A DNA stretch of 64,000 nucleotides, taken from positions 20,571 to 84,570 of the forward strand of contig JAHLWZ010000720.1 of assembly GCA_020536535.1 (NCBI GenBank), in the 5' to 3' direction. A model generated the notes under the pieces. That model ran no database searches. It was not told the origin of the DNA and saw only the letters and a program-made list of their open reading frames with translations. Made by a program: the position numbers and the translations under genes. The stretch is from Pelomyxa schiedti. Its lineage: Eukaryota; Protista; Evosea. Below, piece after piece: positions 39,533-52,669 of this stretch. How positions within the stretch are numbered: position 1 is the first letter of the stretch; each line of letters begins with the position of its first letter.

Positions 39533-40654
39533 TCAAGTTTCTGATAATCTTCTACTCACAGCCTCAAAGAGGGCTGCCACATTTTCTCCTGTTTTGGCAC
39601 TGACTTCAAAATAAAGTGGTTTCTTAGCACCACAAGTCTGTAGGAAACTTTCGGCATCAACTTTTTGAACCTGCCGACTTTCCACGAGGTCAATCTTGTT
39701 TCCAACTACAGTAATAAGTACATCAGGAGAGTAATTGGTCACTTCCTCGACCCATCTAGCCATTGTATCGAAAGTAGTCTGTTTGTATCACTGTAAATTT
39801 AATGTGGCACTGTGAAATGTAGATATATTACTATATAGTGCTTTGTTTATTTGGTTGGTTTTTTCACCTTGTTTGTAATATCATACAAAATGAGTGCTGC
39901 TGCTGCACCTAATTTTTCTTTAATCCAAGAATAGGATATTTGGAAATAAAAACCTCTATAATACATTGCTGTCATTGCGCGAAATCTTTCTGCAATCGGG
40001 AGTTAACAATAACCAATTGGCTGGGACAACGAAAATATACCCTCTCCAGCTGTGTCCCATATCTGTGCTGCTGGTTAGCATTTATTTGGGTGTGTTGTGC
40101 GAGGTTACATGAAGTTTTATCTCTTTACCATCAATTTTCATTGTATGGGCTTGAAAAGACACTCTAAATATACGCGGGTAGATACCGTTAGTCAGTTACA
40201 GGCTCCATTAAAATGAAAGCAAAAGGAGGTCACTAACCCGATAGAGAGCTCTGTTTTTTCGAACGTGTTGAACAGCAATCGCTTGATCAAGCACGTCTTC
40301 CCAGTCCGCACATCGCCAAGCAATACTATTTTCAGGCCATCATCTTCCTCTACACTGGCCACTCAGACCGACAAGAGGTGACCACCCAAAGAACAACAGT
40401 AGGTACCTTTTGGCGGGATCACTCCTCCTCTGGGAGGTGGCTTTTTCTTGGACCCAGCGCACCCCATTCCTTGCGTACTTGGCCTGGTGCGCAACGTGCT
40501 TTGTTCAGTTCAAAGAAAAATGGCGACACAATCACGCCATCTGGTATCTTCCTCTGTCTTTTCTCACAGTGCTGGGAGGGGAGCGGTTCCCGGTAACACT
40601 CCCCCACACCCCGAACTCATCTCGGCCGGTTCTTCTCGAGTGTTGGGTCACCAT
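39533..40654 (-). CDS. Rab-family small GTPase (Rab5/21/22-like), atypical; multi-exon, start uncertain
   Basis: KIVLLGDVRTGKT, IWDTAGEERFRAMTAMYYRGAAAA, YDIT, VVGNKIDL and EVSAKTG. Confidence 0.85.
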
Positions 40655-40704
40655 TCAGAGGAGAATATTCTCATGAGCCAAACTTTGAGATAAATTGCGT
40701 GTCG

Positions 40705-42501
40705 ATGAGCACGACGGTCGCGCCGTCGTTTGTTGCGCCGTGCACGAGCAATGTCCCTCAAGCTCCGCAGTCCACGTCGCAGTACCCGCCGCCGCCGACA
40801 CAACCACCGGCACCAGGAGTAGGCGTCGGGGTGCTGGGCCCCACGCAGCTCCAGCAGCACACACAACTGCAAGAAACAGCAACGGCAGCTGCGGCGGCGA
40901 GCACCGGCGACTACGACGAAGAAATAGGGGAGGCGGGGGAAGAGGGAGAGGGAGAGGGGGAGGGAGTGGGGGAGGGGGAGGGGGAAGCAGAAGGCGAGGG
41001 AGAGGGCAAGAGGAGGAGGGGAAAAAGGGGAGGGAGGAGGAGGAAGACTATGCCCAAGGAGGGGACCAAGAGGACCGTGATGATAGGCGACGAAATGGTT
41101 TCGTTCAAGCTCCTCACAAGAGAGGTATGTATTTGTTTGTTGAGCTATTTTTTTTTTTTTTTCTTTTTTTGTTTTTCCCCCTTCTCTTTCTTCTCTCGGT
41201 GGGTTATTATGTTCACTCACTCTATTTTGTGAAATAGGGCAAGATGGTAAAGGAGTATATCAATGTATGCCTCTCATTCTCTGAAACTCTTTGTGGAAAC
41301 TTCTCTCTTCTTGGTAATTAACTATGTACAATAAAAAAGGAGCCTGTGGAAAGAGTTCCTACGAATTCGTCAAACATGGCTGAAGATGAAGAACTTGAAG
41401 AAGAAGAAGATGTCTCACCTGAATGCAAGTAAAAAGTTTAACCGTTATGAGCCATCCTTTTCTTATGAAAGTTGGCAGGGACAGAAGCGCTCATTGTTAG
41501 AGCCAAAGCTCACTGTGCACACCCCCCTGGTGCCATTCCCCAGCCAAGGAATAATGCCCTGTTAGTCTATGGCACAGAAACCCTCTGCACTACGGATCTA
41601 TTTTCTTACTTTTCGAACTTCTCACCTGTTTCTGCCGAGTGGATTGATGATGCATCATGTACAAAAAATATATTTGTGCAAACTCACCAAATTTAGGTGT
41701 GATTGTTTTCCCAGATCCTGAGACAGCATCCCAGGCATTACTAAAAACAGCATTTTCTACACTCCCCGAAATATCCACAGCACCCACAACAGCTGCGGTA
41801 ACGGCATCAACCACACCCACAGCGGCCACAGAAACCACAACCACAACCACAACCACAGCTACAGCCACAACATCATCAACATCGACTTCAACACCTATCG
41901 TACAACAAAGTGACGGGTGGAGTGCCTGTACCCCAACAAAAGTCAAGGGTGCCACAGTTCGCCTTGCTGCACGAGTGGCAACATCATTGGATGTAAAGCC
42001 TACTGCACCGCAGTTTTCTTTGTTTTATGCCAACTTGTTTCTGGACGACAGGTTTGCACATTTACAAGGTTTCACTCTAACATTTATAAGTGGGAAAGTT
42101 GTGACAAACAAGAGACCGGTGAAAGGTATATAAGCTCAGTCCTGTCGCTACACTCAGACAACTTAAAACCTTCATTCACCTCAACAAAAGGAAAGAGGAG
42201 GGGAAAATACAATGGGCACCATGAAAAAGCAGGCACACCACTTCCAGAAAGCGGCGCAACCAAGAGGAGGAGAAAGAAACTCAAGAAGAAGAAGAGGGTG
42301 GTGGTGGTAAAAACTGAAAGTGACAAGTGAGCACAAAACTATCACCAAAACCTCACTAACCACTCTTCCAGGAATAGCACCACTGCACCAGCACCACTCC
42401 CAGTACCCGGCCCTACATCCGAGATTCCTGCCGTAACATCTATAAAACTAGAACCACTAGTCAACACCACAACAGACCAACACCCAAACTCCATGTCTTG
42501 A
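40705..42501 (+). CDS. NCBP3-like (DUF2414, RRM-type) protein; multi-exon
   Basis: RNNALLVYGTETLCTTDLFSYFSNFSPVSAEWIDDASCVIVF and RVATSLDVK. Confidence 0.72.
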
Positions 42502-42588
42502 AAAAAACTTACCAAAAAAACCCTCCAAACGAAAACTTATTGCCTTATCTTTTCTTAATCGACAACTAAAAAAAAAAAAAAACTTTCC

Positions 42589-43012
42589 ATGGATGACGTG
42601 AAGATGCTCAAACTAGACACGGCAACTGAGCCCAACTTGGAGCCGCGCTCTGTTTCTCGCCTGAACGAGGACTACGACGTACCCCTGAGACCATCAAATA
42701 CACCAAGTGCGCACTACCTTCCACCCCCGACTTGTGAGAGATGGCCTGCCTCTGTTAGGGAATTGTTGGGAGATTACAGAGCTGGCATGTTCAGGTCTGT
42801 ATTTGGGTACTGATCTCCCTGTGTGTTCCTGAATCTCAGGCAGGTGGGATGTGATGAGGAGTGCTTTGGAGAAGGGCGACTCTGAGGAGGATGCGTTTCT
42901 GATGGCCCTGGAGAGGACTCTCAATCCTGCTGCCACTCATCCAAAGTACGAGGACTGGCTCAATGTTCCACTGGGAAAAGGAGTGCCTCACACTCCCTTG
43001 CTCCAGATGTGA
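42589..43012 (+). CDS. Small hypothetical protein, 2 exons, about 125 aa
   Basis: ATG after an A-rich leader. Intron at about 42795-42844 joins GMFR|WDVMRSALEKG...PLLQM*. Confidence 0.5.
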
Positions 43013-43198
43013 GTGAGACTCAGATCTTCAGTACTTCCAGATCGCCACGTGAAGTTCATGTGAATGTGATCTCTGGATCTGCCATTTCCAGAAGTGACTC
43101 TCATATCTCCGCTGTGGAAAATTTCGCTTTCGCTGGTGAAACGCGACAAACAAATAATAAAAAAAAAAAAACAAAAGAAACGGGTGCGTTGTAGCGGT

Positions 43199-44288
43199 AT
43201 GGACAGCGACACCACGACAACCACGTCGGGTTGTTGTTGTGAAGTCGATACTACATGCGACGTTGGCGAGGTCTCGGTTTCGTACGACGCTTCGATCCCC
43301 ATCAAATGCGTTGTGGTCGGTAAGATCTCCCTTTTCTGAGTTTATGGCCTTAACTGTAAAAGGCGACGGCTCAGTTGTATGTTCTTTGGAGTGTCATTTT
43401 CGTTTATTTACAAAAGAAAGGGTAAAACCTCAATTTTGATCTCGTACACCTCAAATACATTTCCAAAGGTATCACTTTTTCTTTTCCCTCCCTCTGATCG
43501 TCGTAGGAGTACATTCCTACTGTGTTTGATAACGTATGTTATGAGGATATTCTTCATTAATACGATGTAACTGGTGTCGTAGTACTCCCAGCAGCTAAGC
43601 GTTGACGGGTTTCCTGTTACCTTACACCTGTGGGTAAGTGAGCGTTTTCTTCCCTCTTACCCTCACATCTTTTTAGGATACAGGTAACAGTACTGCTCAC
43701 CTAGGATTCTATTAATAACCTCTTCAGCGGGGCAAGAAGAATATAACCGGGTTCGGCCACTTGCTTATCCAAGTAGTGAGAAATCTTTCCCGGAATAGTA
43801 GCTAATGTATCTTCAGAGTCGGATATTATTATTATTTGTTTTTCTGTTGTGACATTGTCATCTTTTGAGAATGTTACAGAGAAGGTAATCGGTAGCTAAA
43901 TTAAGTTCCTTACCTAAAGTACTTTTCACCAAGTGGGTACCGGAGATTCGGCATCACGTCCCTCATGTACCAATTCTTCTTGTTGGAACCAAAGTTGACC
44001 TTAGGGATGACACACCTGGAGAAACCTCTGAGGGAGACTCTGTTGCCAGTGAAGAAGAATATATCCCATACGAACAAGGAAGTGACCTAGCATCACGTAT
44101 AAAGGCATCAAAATACCTTGAGTGCAGTGCACTTACACGACAAGGAATCGAAGAGGTATTCTACTCCCAGTCTAATCTCCACCATAACCTAGTAAAAGGT
44201 TTTTATTGAAACAGTCCGCACTATTGTCAATAAAACCAAACGTCCACCTGACAAACCACCAAGCAGAAAGTTTTGTGTATTGCTATAG
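43199..44288 (+). CDS. Rho/Rac family small GTPase with CaaL box; multi-exon, including micro-exons
   Basis: IKCVVVGDGSVGKT, EYIPTVFDNY, LWDTAGQEEYNRVRPLAYP, VGTKVDLR, ECSALT and C-terminal CVLL*. Confidence 0.93.
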
Positions 44289-44395
44289 GCAGAGCCGTAA
44301 CTAGAACCATCTCTATTTTAATATGCCTGTATTTCAATAGAAAAAGTTTTTTGAAACAAAAAAAAAAGTTTATCTAAAAGTTGTTGCATTGGTTT

Positions 44396-46227
44396 TTAAA
44401 AAATGAGGAAATCCTCCTTTGGGAGCTCCTTTAGCACAAGGGTGAACTGACCCTGGCTGTCTTCAGTAGAAGACACAGGTTGTGTGACCTGGAATGTTGT
44501 GTTTGGAGAAACGATGACCTCATCCTCCATGGAAACATAAGAGAGATCCTGGATTGCCCTCCCATTCAAAAGGAGAAGCTTGATCAGAACACCACCTCTG
44601 CCTGCAAATCCCCTTGCAGCTGACTCATGTTTCCCGGTCGATGTGAATCCTGTCCACCTCACTATCCTTTCGTTGATGTACTCCCTCCTCATAGTGGCCA
44701 CTGCATCAGCTGGAAGTCCGCGGTAAGTAACCCCCTTAAAATTTGGCAGTTTGGCCAGTGCTGAAAGCAAAGTGAACAAGAAGCTGCTCCAGATTTCGAT
44801 CTTGAATGCCTATTGTCGTTGTTTGCTTGTTGTTGAGTTGTTTTTGTGTTGGATACCAGTCTGTTTCGCAAGTCCCTGTTGAGAACATAATACAAGTTTT
44901 CTTGTGTCGGGCCTGATACTCCAATGTCAAATGTGTAAATAACAATTGCCAACACTTCTTCTCTTGTTAAGTGACATGAAGCGATTATTTCCTTTGTAAA
45001 TAGTCAATTCCACATCGAAAATCACTCTGAGAACACACTGGGGGAGCAAAAAGCATATCATCAGTGAAATCAACGGCAGCAGACAGAATGAGCTGAAGCA
45101 GGGGGATTGCAAGATCCTGTCCCAAGAGTGACTCAACACAAGGCCTTGGCTGGAAGCCCTTAGGAAATCTGAGATAATCTCTGAGAGCTAACTTAGCATC
45201 CATTTCCACATTGACAAGATGACTAGCTTGGAGAGTTTCAGTTTCAAGTCATAATATTAAAAATGGAATTAACATGTGTGCTGTTCCCTGCTACTGGGGC
45301 TAATGTATGTAACCTGCTTGTTAGCATTAAGTATCGCTGCCTGTTGCTTAAGGGCTCTTTCTTTTTCCGCCTTCAATGCCTTTGCTTGCTCTGCCAGTGC
45401 TCTCTCCCTTTCTTTTGTGAGTTCAGTTGCCTGTTGTTCCAGTGCTTCTTGTTTCTCCCTCTTCTCCTTCTCAAGTAATTGAGCGGCTCTCGTCAGCGCT
45501 TCATAGTGCCTTAGAATCTTCTCTATATGTCCCTTTCTAGCTGCAACCTGCAAAGGGGTTTCAGGGAACATGCTGCTTGTGAGGTTGGCATCAATTCCCG
45601 TTGTTTTCATCAGTAGCCTTACACATTGAACACAGCCTGTCTCACAAGCAACATACAGAGGTGACTTGCCACGGAACATTACAATGGGGGAATCAGCGGG
45701 CGGGATATAGTTGACATTGACACGGGAGCACCGAGTCATTGCCACAGCCACAGCCATGTCATAGTTATCTTCAGTGCAAGCAACATGCAGAGGGCACCCG
45801 ATGGTGGTAGATACGTCATTGCGCTTTAGCAACCTCGCAACGACTTCTATGTGTCCAGACTGACAAGCAAGTGATAAGCCAGTGTAGCCAGACGAACTTA
45901 CTGCGTTGACATTGAGTGGTAGGTGCCGGGCCGAACTGAGAAGCAGCTCCAAGACTTCCACCTTTCCCTCACTACAAGCACAGTGGAAGGCAGTCCATCC
46001 GTCTGCGCTTAACACAGAGTTGATGTCCCACGCTGGGTTTTTTTTCAACAGTCTCTTCAGGGTTCCAATGTCACCTCCACAATACGCCTTGAAAAGCTGA
46101 CTAAAATGCAGGTGTGGTTCCTCAGCATCAGTCTAAGTGGTAGGTCAGCAAAAACGTATATTTGTTAAAAAAGTACACACTCCTCCCACATGATGGTTTT
46201 CACTAGCACCTGGGCTTTTGGCAACAT
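44396..46227 (-). CDS. Ankyrin repeats + coiled coil + mono-ADP-ribosyltransferase (R-S-E clade, ARTC/VIP2-like); multi-exon, start uncertain
   Basis: About 5 ANK repeats (GWTAFHCAC, GYTGLSLAC, PLHVAC, SPLYVAC, TPLQVAA), AIVIYT...LYYVLNRDLR, TYRG, WTGFTST and MEDEVIVSPN. Confidence 0.85.
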
Positions 46228-47859
46228 GAGACTGCCAATAATAATAGGACAATTCTGTGCGGCAGGCGTCCTCCCACCACTGATGAGACTTCCCATGTGT
46301 GTACTCACCACATTTACATTTACACCGCCTGGTGGTAAATCAATGGAGGCTCGCTATTAAATCATCGCATACACACAACCAACGCAAAATGGTTTAAGGC
46401 AGGTGGCACAGTGCATCGTTCCCAGGTCAGCCCGAAAAGAAGACTCGCAGGAGCATAGAGTGGAGAGAGATGGTGCACAATCTCTACAATCTGAGAACTC
46501 CGTGAGCCGAAGAAGAGAAATGGTTGCCAGTACCTTTGCATGGATTTGTCAAATGGCCTGTACAAATACACTGAAGAACCTTTGCCTGGGGGTTTTTCTC
46601 CAGCCACTACAAAGCGAGTTAAATAGGTAGTGTTTAGTTCCTAACCTTGCTTTTCTGTGACGGCTTTTCAAGGCATGTGTGACGACAGCAATAACAAGTC
46701 TTTCTTGACAGAACCATTGGTGTCTGCATCTTGACGGCTCTTGTGCGCGTGTTCTGCCCAAAAAAGGTTTTGCTTTTTGGAGTCAACTAGGTTCCCTGTT
46801 TTTCTGTGGAATTTCGGCTTCAGTTTATACACCGCTGCAAATCCTTCCTTTTGAGGATGCTATCATTACGCCATTCTTGCACCCTGTGAAGGGTGGCGGA
46901 ATTCAGTTGGCCACATTCCCTCTCTTTCTCCTGGGTGAGTTGTTTCGAGCATCCCTCCCAGCACGCTCATATGAAGTCCTTGATTTCTATGATGTCTTTG
47001 GCATTAGCAAGACAACAGTTTTGGCGCATTTGTTGCCCTCGGTCGCAGCCCACGTCCAGTTTGTCTGAGGGTAAAAAATAGAAGCTGTTTCTACGAACAA
47101 CTGCGGGGGCTGAGTCGCACTCGATCTCAGACGACACGACAGTTCCGCACCAGAGAACAAGACAGCGATGAGGCAACAAACAAAGTTGCTGCAAGCACAA
47201 CCAACAAGGTTTTTTTTTCTGTCAGGGTGATTTCAGCCTTTGGGCGTGATGCAGATCCACGGGGAAAAGGCCCTGCAGCTGGTGTGATACTAGATGTATT
47301 GACATTTAGCATGTGAAGTGCACAAACATCACAATAAAAATTCCTGTTGGCACTGCACTGCATCTCCCACTTATCGGGTTTTTCTGAGGCATTGGCTGCA
47401 TTCTGGTGTTGATACGGGTATCCCTTTAACTGTATTTTTCACACCGCAGGACCACTCTCTATTTTTTCACCTAGGTCTTTTTTTAGGTGGTGGACTTGCT
47501 GGGATGACAGCTAAATACCCCGGCATTGTGCTGGTATCAGAACCACTAGCATGGTGTGCTGGAGTGAGCAACAGTAGCACCACCTGTGGCTCTGGTAAGA
47601 AGGATGAACCCACATTGTGGTGGCAGATGTACTGACAAAGACGATGCTAACCCAATCACACTGGCTGAGTTTTTTTAAAAGCGCGTGAAAAGCAGAAATT
47701 TATCTTTTCTTCTTGTGGAGATTTGTAAGTACGGAATGTTTAGAGACCAGCGTCATCTGGGCTAGTATCTGTTTATGGGTTGTGAGTGATTCCCATGCTC
47801 AACATGGGTGTGTGCACACCTGGGACTGGCTTGGCTACTGGCTGTGCCTCCCATCAATC

Positions 47860-50300
47860 TCATGTAAACTTCATTGAATCTGCGGAGGAATACTCTGCCG
47901 TGGATATCTGCGTTTGTTGTTCAGTTGTTGTTAACAGAAGCGCGGAGAACAAACCACACAACTCCGTCTTCAGGTTCTGCCACTGAGATGTACAGTAGCC
48001 AATGAAGGTGTCCCAAGAGACCTGGGGATCAGGTTCCGCAATCGTGTTGTTGGTCATCTGTTTCCATGCCTCACGCACCTTGTCTACTGGAGCGATCAAC
48101 TCAAGCAGTATGTCTTTTATCCTGGCATCAACGGCGGCCATACTCGGACGCTGTCACTCCAAAGTCAGTTCAGATGCAATCCAAAAAAATGGGAAATACG
48201 CTGGTGGGTTCCTCATGCCAGCAGTCTTTAATCAGTTGTTCCTGAGGGAAAACATAACATTAGGTAAGAAGATGAAGAAGGGGTGAGACAAACCAGTTTG
48301 GGTGGAATCAGGTGTCTTGTTTTTTCACCGAGCTCTGGGCGTTCTCCTTTCTTCAGAATGGTACACATACCAGCTTTAGTTGTGAAATCAGGCTTGTCAG
48401 CGAATGGTACTATCTCTGTGAAGAGCTCCCACAGGAATAGTCCAAATGAATATCTGTGGAGGAGGTGTAGTGAGCTTTTCCAATGGCGCTCCTGCTTGGA
48501 AACATACGTGTCACAGCTTTTGTATAGTTCACCACGAATCAAGAGCTCCGGGGGCATATACGGGACTGAAGAGCAGCAAGTAAGTGTTGGGTGTATATTG
48601 GATGAGGTGAAAATCGAGCGCACATGTTCCGCATCTTTCCCCTCGCAGGGGTTGGTTATGTGGGAGATTGGGGGGCAGAAGCACTCCGAACCCTAAATCT
48701 GCAACCTGTGGTGTTTTATTTAGTTTGGAAAGCAGTAATAAATGAAAAAAGAAAATACCTTGCAATGGAAACAAGAGTCCAGTAAAAAATTAGCTGCTTT
48801 TACATCACTTGCAATGGAGTTAGAGAAGACAACAGATGGAGGAAAGAAGCAAAGCATTGCAAGCAACATTATACAATTGAAACCACAGAAAAAGTGGAGG
48901 GAATTTATTTGTGGGAGAGACTTGCCGGTGAATTATTCCTGCATCCTGCACGTGAGATAAACCCATTGCCTAAAAGATTGTGTTGACCTTCTTAGTTTTG
49001 AGAGTGTGATGGTTCGAGAAGCGTACCGCGGTATGAGAGATCCAGAGCCTCCTCTCAGAATTAAGAGGTCTCGTTTGGGGCCAGAGAACAGAGGGCACGA
49101 GATGCCTCTCATGGATGACTTCAAAGAGATCACATTCCATCAGTTCAAAAACGATGGAAAAAGTCGGGGCCCCCACACAGATACCTTGGGGACGAGATCA
49201 ACCGAAAGGAAACAAATAACCATTGAAATTAATACACACCGAGACATTGCACTACACCTGGGCAACAACATCGTCTGTATGAGCGGAGTAAACAAAATGA
49301 ATTGTGGGTGGAGTGGCGATTGCGCGTGCTGAGGAAATCAAATCTTAACTGTAAGAGGTAGGTTTCTCTGATCTCGTCATCCATAGTAGATGCAGATTTA
49401 GCGTCCTCAAGTACCTTCACTGCCACAGGCATACCGCCATCACCAAAAGTACCTGTGATGATCGCAGAAAGACATTCGGTTAACGATGAATTAACCGAAA
49501 CAATAGACGGTACCTTTTAACACCCTGCCATATGTCCCCTCCCCCACTTCCTCCTCTGGCTTGAACTCGCTCCATACAAACACATTTGCCCAAGGCGCTA
49601 GTTCGACCAGTTCCTCATCGAGCGACTTGGATGAGGTTGTCGATGTCGACGTTGGTGCTGCAGAAGGTGTAGAACCGGAAGCCTTAGTGACCATGACCAC
49701 ACCCGGCCGCGACGTCGGCTGGACTTGGATTTGCTGCGGAGCGTGGGGTGGACGGGAGTCAGTGGGCTGTGCAGGGCATTGGTTTTGAGGGACGGGCGAT
49801 ATAGGCAACTGCAACTGGGGGGCCATTAGGGGCTGGGGAGACGCAGGCGTGTGCGGGCTTATGGGTGAGTACAACTTCATTGATGTTGGGAATGATGCTG
49901 ATGGGCACTGACTTGCAAGTTGCGGAGGGGGAGAGGCCGCCGCGGATGTGGTTGTAGTCCTGGACAAAGACGAGACAGCGGTCTGGAACTGATAGGTCCC
50001 CCACAACGAATAATGATTTGTCTCCCTCCAATACGGTGCAGTTTCTTCCGCCACTGTGAGATTCAAAAAACCGTATCGCCTTGTATCTCTCTTGTACGAC
50101 TGCCACGCAGCGCACATGTCCCGAAGATTCCTGTACTTAACCCATGTAGTCCCACCGCTGCGTGTCATAAACCACACCAAGTTTGGTTCGGGAAGCAACC
50201 CCTGGATTGTGGCTTTGGTTGTCCCCTCCGGCCACCTCCTGTGCACTACGAGAATGTAGTCCCAGTCATTGTCGATGGGTTGGGCTGGCGGTGTGGTCAT
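47860..50300 (-). CDS. TKL-group protein kinase with possible RRM-like N-terminus; multi-exon, both ends uncertain
   Basis: VGEGTYGRV, VAVK, IIHRDVKAANFL, VADLG, GTFPYMPPE, CDTYSFGLFLWE and GERP. Confidence 0.85.
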
Positions 50301-52669
50301 CTGTCGCTGGCCCCGGCACTACAAGTTTTTTTTTTTTTTTTTGGAACAAATTTAAAAATAGTGATGACCGAATCTGTTAACATCCCTTAAAATCACTCGC
50401 TGGAGTGAGTGAGCTGTGTTGCTTGGGGCTTCGGATTGCGGCACAACTTGAGGGTTGTGGGGTGCTGTGGCGCCAGGAAGTGTTTGGGGCAAAGTGGGCC
50501 TGCTACTTGGCACTCTCCATTGAGAAATCCCTAAAGCGGAGAATTGTTTGTAATGTTCAGGATGGATGACCAGTGTCATAGTTTCCGTCGGGTGAAGTAC
50601 AGAGAGAGAACAGGTTCCTCTCATTGAAAGGTCTAAGTGCTTTAAAGACAGGCAAGTAAATTCTGGTAATAAGTTGGCTTTTAGGAATTATATGCACAGA
50701 GGAGGACAACTGTAGTACGTGAAATCACTACTGCAACCATAAAGGTCACAGAGGAAGCTGTTATGAATCAAGTTCCAACATCGCGTCAAGGTTTCACAAA
50801 AAAGCCGGAAAACCTTTAAGGTCCTGTGTTGACAAATAAAGCTAATTCCTCACCTGTGTTTGTCAAACGAGTTAACACTCGCCTTGCATAGATGGGAATG
50901 CATTACCTTTGGAAGGGACTGTTTTTTTGTTTTGAGTAACTGTAATAGACGGGCAAATTGAAGAAACCCTCCACTTACGTACAAATGACTTCCACTGACA
51001 CCCGACTTATAGTGTGCACTCCTCCCTGAGTGGTTCACTCGATGTCTTTAGTTGAACCAAGCATCAACACGCCAACTTGTGGATGGGATAGTGGGAGCTG
51101 AGTACCAAGTATTCCCTGAGGGGGAGTAAATGGTAGCACGCAAGGGCTGGGGTTATTGTTTGTGACGTTGTTGTGATTGGAACAATAATTTGATGGCTTC
51201 GAAGCTTCGGTTGTTTGTTTTTGATGCCCCAACGGCCTGTTGCTGTACCACGGTATCATCTCTTGTGACTGCAGATCCCCTTTGGTGGAATACACTCCCT
51301 GGTAATCAAATGACACTTGTAGGCAGGAAATCTGTTGAAATTGTGAAAACGCGCCCACCAACAGTCTACCACCAATTACACAAACCACTACAACGCTCAC
51401 AAGCAAGAGTTGAACGGCCGCCGACCCAACACGAGGCTTGGTTTAGTGGTGCTCGCTGTTCTGTTTGTTTTATGTCGCTGTGGGGATCTTCCATTCTCCC
51501 CTCGCCCACCCGCATGCATGGCGTGCCAAGATCCATCCGGGGAAATTGAAATAGTTGTGACACATTGCTTGCATTACACATCAATTTGCCTGCGTGGTTG
51601 TCAACATTCACAGCCCCAACTCCTTACGTCGATCCTCAGTCCCCTGCACACCGACACGCGTCGCCGACTCCAATTCTGCCCGCACCGAAAGTGATTGCAG
51701 ATTGCAATCACAGATCTCTCAGGAGTATGTGATTGGACCCTTAGAAATCGAGCACCCAATGCTGGGGCAGTGCCCACAAGGTGCAGTGTTGTCCATGCGA
51801 CGTTGTTGCGTGTATCTAGAAACAGTCAAGTCCTGTGATTTCTGCTATCCAAAAGGCTATCCTATTTCTAAGGGCAATTGCTAATGTGTCACCTTCCAAG
51901 ACAATCGCCATAAAATGTAAATCAATCCGAACATAAAAAACATAAAAACCACTACCTACGCACCAACTGTATTATCGCAAGTGTGAACAACATGTCGGAC
52001 TTGTTCCCACCTACACCACACCGCCTACGCGCAACTGAGGCCCTCCACCAAACACGCGGTTTTTGCGATTGTTATTTCTCACTAAATACGGTACAACACC
52101 GTTTATCTCCTCTTTAACATATAAATTACACCACGCACGTTATTTAAACTACTCCCCACGCCAGTACCTTTTATTAATTCTTATCATGTTACAAGGGGGT
52201 CACTTACAGTGCATCATGAAGTTCGTTTCGTACTACTACGAGAAAAGGGAGAGCCAAGGCCAAGGTTTGTGCCCCCAATTCCATTATTTTCATTGTTCTG
52301 AAGCCAATCCCAGAAAATGAATGCAAGCAAGATCGGCTGGCTAATGGATGGCTACAGTGCACTATGAGTGTCATACTTACCCCCAAATACTCTCTGCAAA
52401 AAAGGTGTCCAAGGTATATCAGTACACTTTTTCTCCTCCCCAAAAGCCAGTAAACATGGCTCCTCTCAAATCGGCCAGTAAACATGGCCCACATTTCACA
52501 CTCTCAAAACCCACAACCACTTCCTCCAATCCCCCCAGCAACAACGACATCAAGTCAACCCCAACCAGAAATTACCTCTTTTGTTGTGAAACCAACGAGC
52601 TGTCTAAAAACGGCTTGTGTTTGTTTCCCTCACTTTCTCGTAACTGCGGCGCGTTCCCATCATCGGGTT

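Noticed and set aside
50352-52340. Short ORFs upstream of the kinase
   Set aside because: No recognisable motif or consistent splice model. They may be decayed exons or 5' exons of the kinase.
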